From NCBI RefSeq assembly GCF_001545095.1, contig NZ_CP013213.1, positions 1,170,001 to 1,202,000 on the forward strand: a stretch of 32,000 nucleotides of DNA, in the 5' to 3' direction. The position numbers and the translations under genes were made by a program. This document shows, piece by piece, positions 28,281 to 32,000 of the stretch. The notes below the pieces were generated by a model that did no database searches, was not told the DNA's origin, and worked only from the letters and a program-made list of their open reading frames with translations. The stretch is from Erysipelothrix larvae. Lineage in GTDB: Bacteria > Bacillota_I > Bacilli_A > Erysipelotrichales > Erysipelotrichaceae. Numbering within the stretch: position 1 is the first letter of the stretch; each line of letters begins with the position of its first letter.

Positions 28281-28914
28281 CTCCTTCTAAGTAATCAAAA
28301 AGAGTAGTTTGAACTTCATCAGTTTTTGAAGTTTTGTCATAATCAGGTGTAATCATTGACTCGACATCTAGTTCTAAAATCGATAAGTCAACTGGACCAC
28401 TGCCTTGTGACTCAGGTTCTTCAACTTTACCATACATAGGACTGATAACTTCTGTTAATGGGGTGCGCTTTTTAACTGGCGTTTGTTTTGGTTTGCTTAA
28501 TGGTTCATTTTGAAGCTGCGAACCACCATGAATTGGACTTAAGATTTCATGAGCAACATACGGTTTCGATGTGTCACGACGCACTTCACGTGGTGTTTCT
28601 TGAACTGATTGAACCGGTTGATTTTGGGCAGCATTATCTAAATCAATCCTGAATGATTTTCGAGCCTGTACTTGGGGTGTTGGTGTAGCACTAACATCCC
28701 TTTGGGTCATTTCTTGATTCATAACAGGTTTAGATACCGGTTGTGCTTGAGTTTGTGGTCGATGAACTGTTTGTTGTGTTGTCGTTGAAGGTTGTGGTGA
28801 TGAAGATTGAATGGGTTTAATGGGTGGTATATTGACCGGTTCAATTTCAAGATCTTCTTCCTCTATAACTATTTCTTCTTCTCTAAATAATAAAGATGTA
28901 AGTTTACGTAACAT
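28261..28914 (-). CDS. Hypothetical low-complexity P/Q/T-rich protein with an N-terminal amphipathic helix and acidic ends
   Basis: GAAGGAA SD. MLRKLTSLLFREEE N-terminus, and two copies of an (I/V)(L/I)SP(I/M)(H/Y)G motif (EILSPIHGG, EVISPMYGK). No Walker or enzymatic motifs. Overlaps the murC start. Confidence 0.6.
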   Translation of the reverse strand: MLRKLTSLLFREEEIVIEEEDLEIEPVNIPPIKPIQSSSPQPSTTTQQTVHRPQTQAQPVSKPVMNQEMTQRDVSATPTPQVQARKSFRIDLDNAAQNQPVQSVQETPREVRRDTSKPYVAHEILSPIHGGSQLQNEPLSKPKQTPVKKRTPLTEVISPMYGKVEEPESQGSGPVDLSILELDVESMITPDYDKTSKTDEVQTTLFDYLEGDDSSES

Positions 28915-28932
28915 GTTAGTTTCCTTCTTTCT

Positions 28933-29625
28933 TTAGTCTGCTCTTTGGTCATTTGAATCATCTGTATCTTGATTTCGATCTGGATTCAAGCGATCATACA
29001 TGTCTTGTAGTGAACCATTTTCTGGTGGTACTTGTTCAAAGAACTCCGAGAAAATTGCATCACGGTCAATGATTTCTTTCGTCGAATAAGTCGCAACAAC
29101 TAAATCATTATCAACATCCACCGAACGCATAATTGTAATCATATGTTCAAGGGTCAAGTTTAATGAAGTGTCGGAGACAACTGCGATAATATCGACCAGC
29201 TGATTATTCAGGATAATCGAGACGGTATTATCTCTTAATCGAATAATGTCAACATGGAAATTACGTGATACTGATTGGGCATCATAATAAGCTCCAGTGT
29301 ATTGAAACATGACTTCAAAGTTTTCTAAATTTAACGCTGGTATTGCGTCATCTGCTTCATAATATTCGCTTGATATGATTTGTGAAATACTTAAATTCAT
29401 CAAAACATCGTAACCATTAATATTAAGAAGTGTACTGTTTTGACTTGACGACTTAACGCCAACCGTTGACGGAACATAGTACCGAAACATTGGTTTACTA
29501 TGATTCGTGGTTGATGGAAGCGGTGAAGAAAGCGTGGATTGTATTACTGATTCTATTGATTGCACTTGACATCCAGTTAAAAGGATGACCATCGCAAGAA
29601 GTACAGTAATTAAAACCTTCTTCAT
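28933..29625 (-). CDS. Hypothetical lipoprotein
   Basis: Signal peptide plus lipobox (MKKVLITVLLAMVILLTGC). Acidic C-terminal tail. The ATG 29625 forms a TAATG overlap with the stop of the M42 peptidase gene. The ORF track starts 9 nt earlier at a TTG. Confidence 0.7.
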   Translation of the reverse strand: MKKVLITVLLAMVILLTGCQVQSIESVIQSTLSSPLPSTTNHSKPMFRYYVPSTVGVKSSSQNSTLLNINGYDVLMNLSISQIISSEYYEADDAIPALNLENFEVMFQYTGAYYDAQSVSRNFHVDIIRLRDNTVSIILNNQLVDIIAVVSDTSLNLTLEHMITIMRSVDVDNDLVVATYSTKEIIDRDAIFSEFFEQVPPENGSLQDMYDRLNPDRNQDTDDSNDQRAD

Positions 29626-30677
29626 TATTCCCAATTCCTTTCCAATAACATCAATGAGATTGCTTTTTTAGCACTTTGATAATCATTGGAGTCCATGATA
29701 CTACTTGAAGTATGAATGTTTCGTGCAACAATACAACAGGTTACTGTTGGCACACCCCCATTTGATTTGTGGACGATACCTGCATCGGTACCACCTGCAG
29801 ATACATAATATTGATGTTTAATATCGTGTTTCACACAGGTGTCTACAAGTTCATAAATTAAGTCTTTATTCGCAATAAAATTACCATCAATCATGCGAAC
29901 TAAGATTCCTGCTCCCAATTTACCCAATGATGTTGTATCAACGGCATCATTAGCGGGTGAGCAATCCAATACAATTGCATAATCGGGTTGAATTAATTGT
30001 GTAATCGTTTGAGCTCCACGAAGACCCACTTCTTCTTGTACACTGGCACCAACATATAGATCAAATGGAAGATCTTTATCTTTAAGGTCGCGCATCAAGT
30101 CAAGTCCCATAACACAGCCGTAACGATTATCAAAAGCTTTTGAGAGATAACGATCTCCATCAGCAAGTTGGGTAAAGGATCCTTCTAATACGACCATGTC
30201 ACCAATTTGAATTCCCCACGCTTTAATTTCTTCTTTAGATACAGCACCTACATCCGCAATCATGTCTTCAATTTGCATTGGTTTATTGCGTTTTTCTGGT
30301 GTTAACATATGTGGAGGTATACTTCCGATTGCACCTTGATATACTTTACCATGACGTGTCGTAACACGAATGCGATGTGCAAGTAGTGTTTGTGAGAACC
30401 ATCCACCTACTGGGTGTAGTTTTAATACGCCGGTATCTGTGATATCTTTTACTAAAAATCCAACTTCATCCATATGTCCTAAAATCATGACTTTAGGCGC
30501 GTTTTCTTTTGATGAAGGTTTGTGACAGACAATACTTCCTAATTGGTCTGTGATCACATCAAACCCCATTTTTTCATATTCATTTTTAAGATAATGCGCT
30601 ACACTGCGTTCATGACCACTTACGCCATCAATTTGAGTACAGGTTTCAAACCATTCTAATTGTTGTTTATCAAGCAT
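29625..30677 (-). CDS. M42-family aminopeptidase (YtoP/PepA-like)
   Basis: GVSGHERSV, ILGHMDEVGF and VQEEVGLRGA motifs. Start trimmed to ATG 30677 (MLDKQQLEWFE) with a GGAGGAAG SD. 8-nt overlap with the trmB stop. Confidence 0.85.
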   Translation of the reverse strand: MLDKQQLEWFETCTQIDGVSGHERSVAHYLKNEYEKMGFDVITDQLGSIVCHKPSSKENAPKVMILGHMDEVGFLVKDITDTGVLKLHPVGGWFSQTLLAHRIRVTTRHGKVYQGAIGSIPPHMLTPEKRNKPMQIEDMIADVGAVSKEEIKAWGIQIGDMVVLEGSFTQLADGDRYLSKAFDNRYGCVMGLDLMRDLKDKDLPFDLYVGASVQEEVGLRGAQTITQLIQPDYAIVLDCSPANDAVDTTSLGKLGAGILVRMIDGNFIANKDLIYELVDTCVKHDIKHQYYVSAGGTDAGIVHKSNGGVPTVTCCIVARNIHTSSSIMDSNDYQSAKKAISLMLLERNWE

Positions 30678-31308
30678 CTTTCTTCCTCCAAATAGCTCGG
30701 AAAATCGGTTGTCCTTTTTCCATAAATTTTCGTTCATATTCTGATGTTGGATCTTCTTTTTCCTGACTTCTAAAATCAACATCCAACTCGATTAAATCAA
30801 ATCCATTTTGTGTTACCGTTACAACTGAATAATTAAATAGACCAACATTGTCTGTCTTCATCCAAATCTCTCCATTTTGAGATAACACAGTTTTATATAA
30901 CTCCAATTTTGAGGGATGGGTTAAGCGACGTTTTTCATGACGCGTTTTTGGCCATGGATCACTGAAGTTTAAGTGAATCACATCAATTTCCCCTTCACCA
31001 AACATTTCAATTAATGACTTAGCATCATTATGGATGAATCGTTTGCGATCTTTACCATATGTTTCAAGTTTTTTTAGCGCAATTGCACCTGCAGTAAAAT
31101 CACGTTCCATACCTATAATACCATCGGGTTGGTATACATCTGCACAGTGGTGCCAATAATCACCTTTTCCTGAGCCGATTTCAAGTCTGAGGCGATCGAC
31201 ACGCATTGTTTCTTTCCAATTTCCTTTTATGTGTTCAAATTCATCGACAATAACGTCCTGATAATCTTCATATACGTCATTGCTCCATTTCTTTTTTCTT
31301 AATCTCAT
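30670..31308 (-). CDS. trmB: tRNA (guanine46-N7)-methyltransferase TrmB
   Basis: EIGSGKGDY and NFSDPWPK motifs. Start trimmed to ATG 31308 (MRLRKKKW) with an AAGGAAGG SD. Confidence 0.88.
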   Translation of the reverse strand: MRLRKKKWSNDVYEDYQDVIVDEFEHIKGNWKETMRVDRLRLEIGSGKGDYWHHCADVYQPDGIIGMERDFTAGAIALKKLETYGKDRKRFIHNDAKSLIEMFGEGEIDVIHLNFSDPWPKTRHEKRRLTHPSKLELYKTVLSQNGEIWMKTDNVGLFNYSVVTVTQNGFDLIELDVDFRSQEKEDPTSEYERKFMEKGQPIFRAIWRKKDA

Positions 31309-31329
31309 TGAAACCTTCCTTCGGTTAAT

Positions 31330-31338
31330 ATTGTACCA
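31330..31338 (-). promoter_or_regulatory. Extended -10 promoter (TGgTACAAT) for trmB and the downstream operon
   Basis: The minus strand reads TGGTACAAT, then a 25-nt gap to ATG 31308 that contains the AAGGAAGG SD. Confidence 0.55.
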
Positions 31339-31383
31339 TGTTTTCATGATTTTTTTCATCTTTCATCATCTTTCACAAAAATA

Positions 31384-31392
31384 TGTTACAAT
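31384..31392 (+). promoter_or_regulatory. Extended -10 (TGtTACAAT) placed 6 nt from the ATG of tmcAL (leaderless geometry)
   Basis: TGTTACAAT-gtgcct-ATG(31399). No SD. Confidence 0.5.
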
Positions 31393-31398
31393 GTGCCT

Positions 31399-32000
31399 AT
31401 GAACTCACATAAACTTAAAATAGCAGGAATCGTCGTTGAATATAACCCATTCCACAATGGACACATCTATCACATTGAAAAGACACGAAATCTTACGCAA
31501 TGTGATGTTTTAATTGCGATTATGTCATCAAACTTTGTACAACGGGGTGAACCCGCAATTATCGATAAATGGGAACGCACACGTGCTGCATTAAATCATG
31601 GGGTGGATTTAGTTTTAGAACTCCCAACACATATTGTACTTCAAAGTGCACAACAATTCGCAACACATGCTGTCGACATGCTTGCTCTTGCAGGTGTTAC
31701 AGATTTAGTTTATGGAAGTGAAACTCTTGAAATACCGCAATTGACTGATTTCAACGCTGATTTGATTGATCAAGGGTTTAGTTATGCCAAAGCAAAAAAC
31801 AGTGATCATAAAGCACCTAATAATATCCTAGGAGCATATTATGAACAAGCTGCACAGAAACATCACATCACTACCCACCGCATTCTTCGAACCAATCAGT
31901 ATCATAGTGAAGAGATCAATGATTCGATTGTTTCAGCGAGTGCAATTCGAAAAGCTGTATTAAACTATCAAGACATCATACACACAACCCCCATGAGTCT
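31399..32000 (+). CDS. tmcAL: tRNA(Met) cytidine acetate ligase TmcAL (YlbM/UPF0348), 5' part (runs off the right edge)
   Basis: Own translation gives MNSHKLKIAGIVVEYNPFHNGHIYHIEK...SSNFVQRGEPAIIDKWERTRAAL..., which matches the YlbM HxGH nucleotidyltransferase N-terminus. It is absent from the ORF track because it is truncated. Confidence 0.8.
   Translation, partial: MNSHKLKIAGIVVEYNPFHNGHIYHIEKTRNLTQCDVLIAIMSSNFVQRGEPAIIDKWERTRAALNHGVDLVLELPTHIVLQSAQQFATHAVDMLALAGVTDLVYGSETLEIPQLTDFNADLIDQGFSYAKAKNSDHKAPNNILGAYYEQAAQKHHITTHRILRTNQYHSEEINDSIVSASAIRKAVLNYQDIIHTTPMS

Overview
AT-rich, low-GC Bacillota chromosome segment. Gene order resembles Bacillus, and the protein sequences look Erysipelotrichia- or Bacilli-like, but the taxon cannot be confirmed from sequence alone. 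The window is almost entirely core housekeeping and densely packed, with many start/stop overlaps.

Gene content, left to right:
- Minus-strand operon gmk-priA-rsmB-stp-prkC-rsgA. This is a trimmed version of the Bacillus yloA-cpgA cluster, lacking rpoZ, coaBC, def, fmt and rlmN.
- Divergent rqcH, then a convergent DUF45 hydrolase, a Cof-type HAD phosphatase and a membrane protein.
- Complete class I heat-shock locus hrcA-grpE-dnaK-dnaJ, immediately followed by clpB.
- ftsW/rodA-rsmD.
- def-rnjA, a degenerate phosphoesterase, then a ytqB-like methyltransferase.
- A Nudix hydrolase.
- Long minus-strand block trmB, M42 peptidase, lipoprotein, P/Q-rich protein, murC, ytxG-like gene, helical protein, ccpA-like gene. 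This mirrors the Bacillus trmB...ytoP...sftA-murC-ytxG...ccpA neighbourhood.
- The 5' part of tmcAL/ylbM.

I found no tRNA or rRNA genes, CRISPR arrays, transposases, integrases, phage genes, or recognisable defence or toxin genes. I do not see a convincing novel multi-gene system.

The points worth a second look are regulatory or single-gene:
- A perfect consensus promoter driving an ~80-nt hairpin RNA with a C-rich apical loop and a U8 tract, upstream of the Nudix gene (candidate sRNA or attenuator).
- A metallophosphoesterase homologue in which every metal-ligand motif is substituted.
- CIRCE operators on clpB, and a double operator on hrcA.
- Three genes with identical leaderless-mRNA geometry (TGn-extended -10, 6 nt, ATG, no SD).
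- A disordered protein sitting where Bacillus has sftA.
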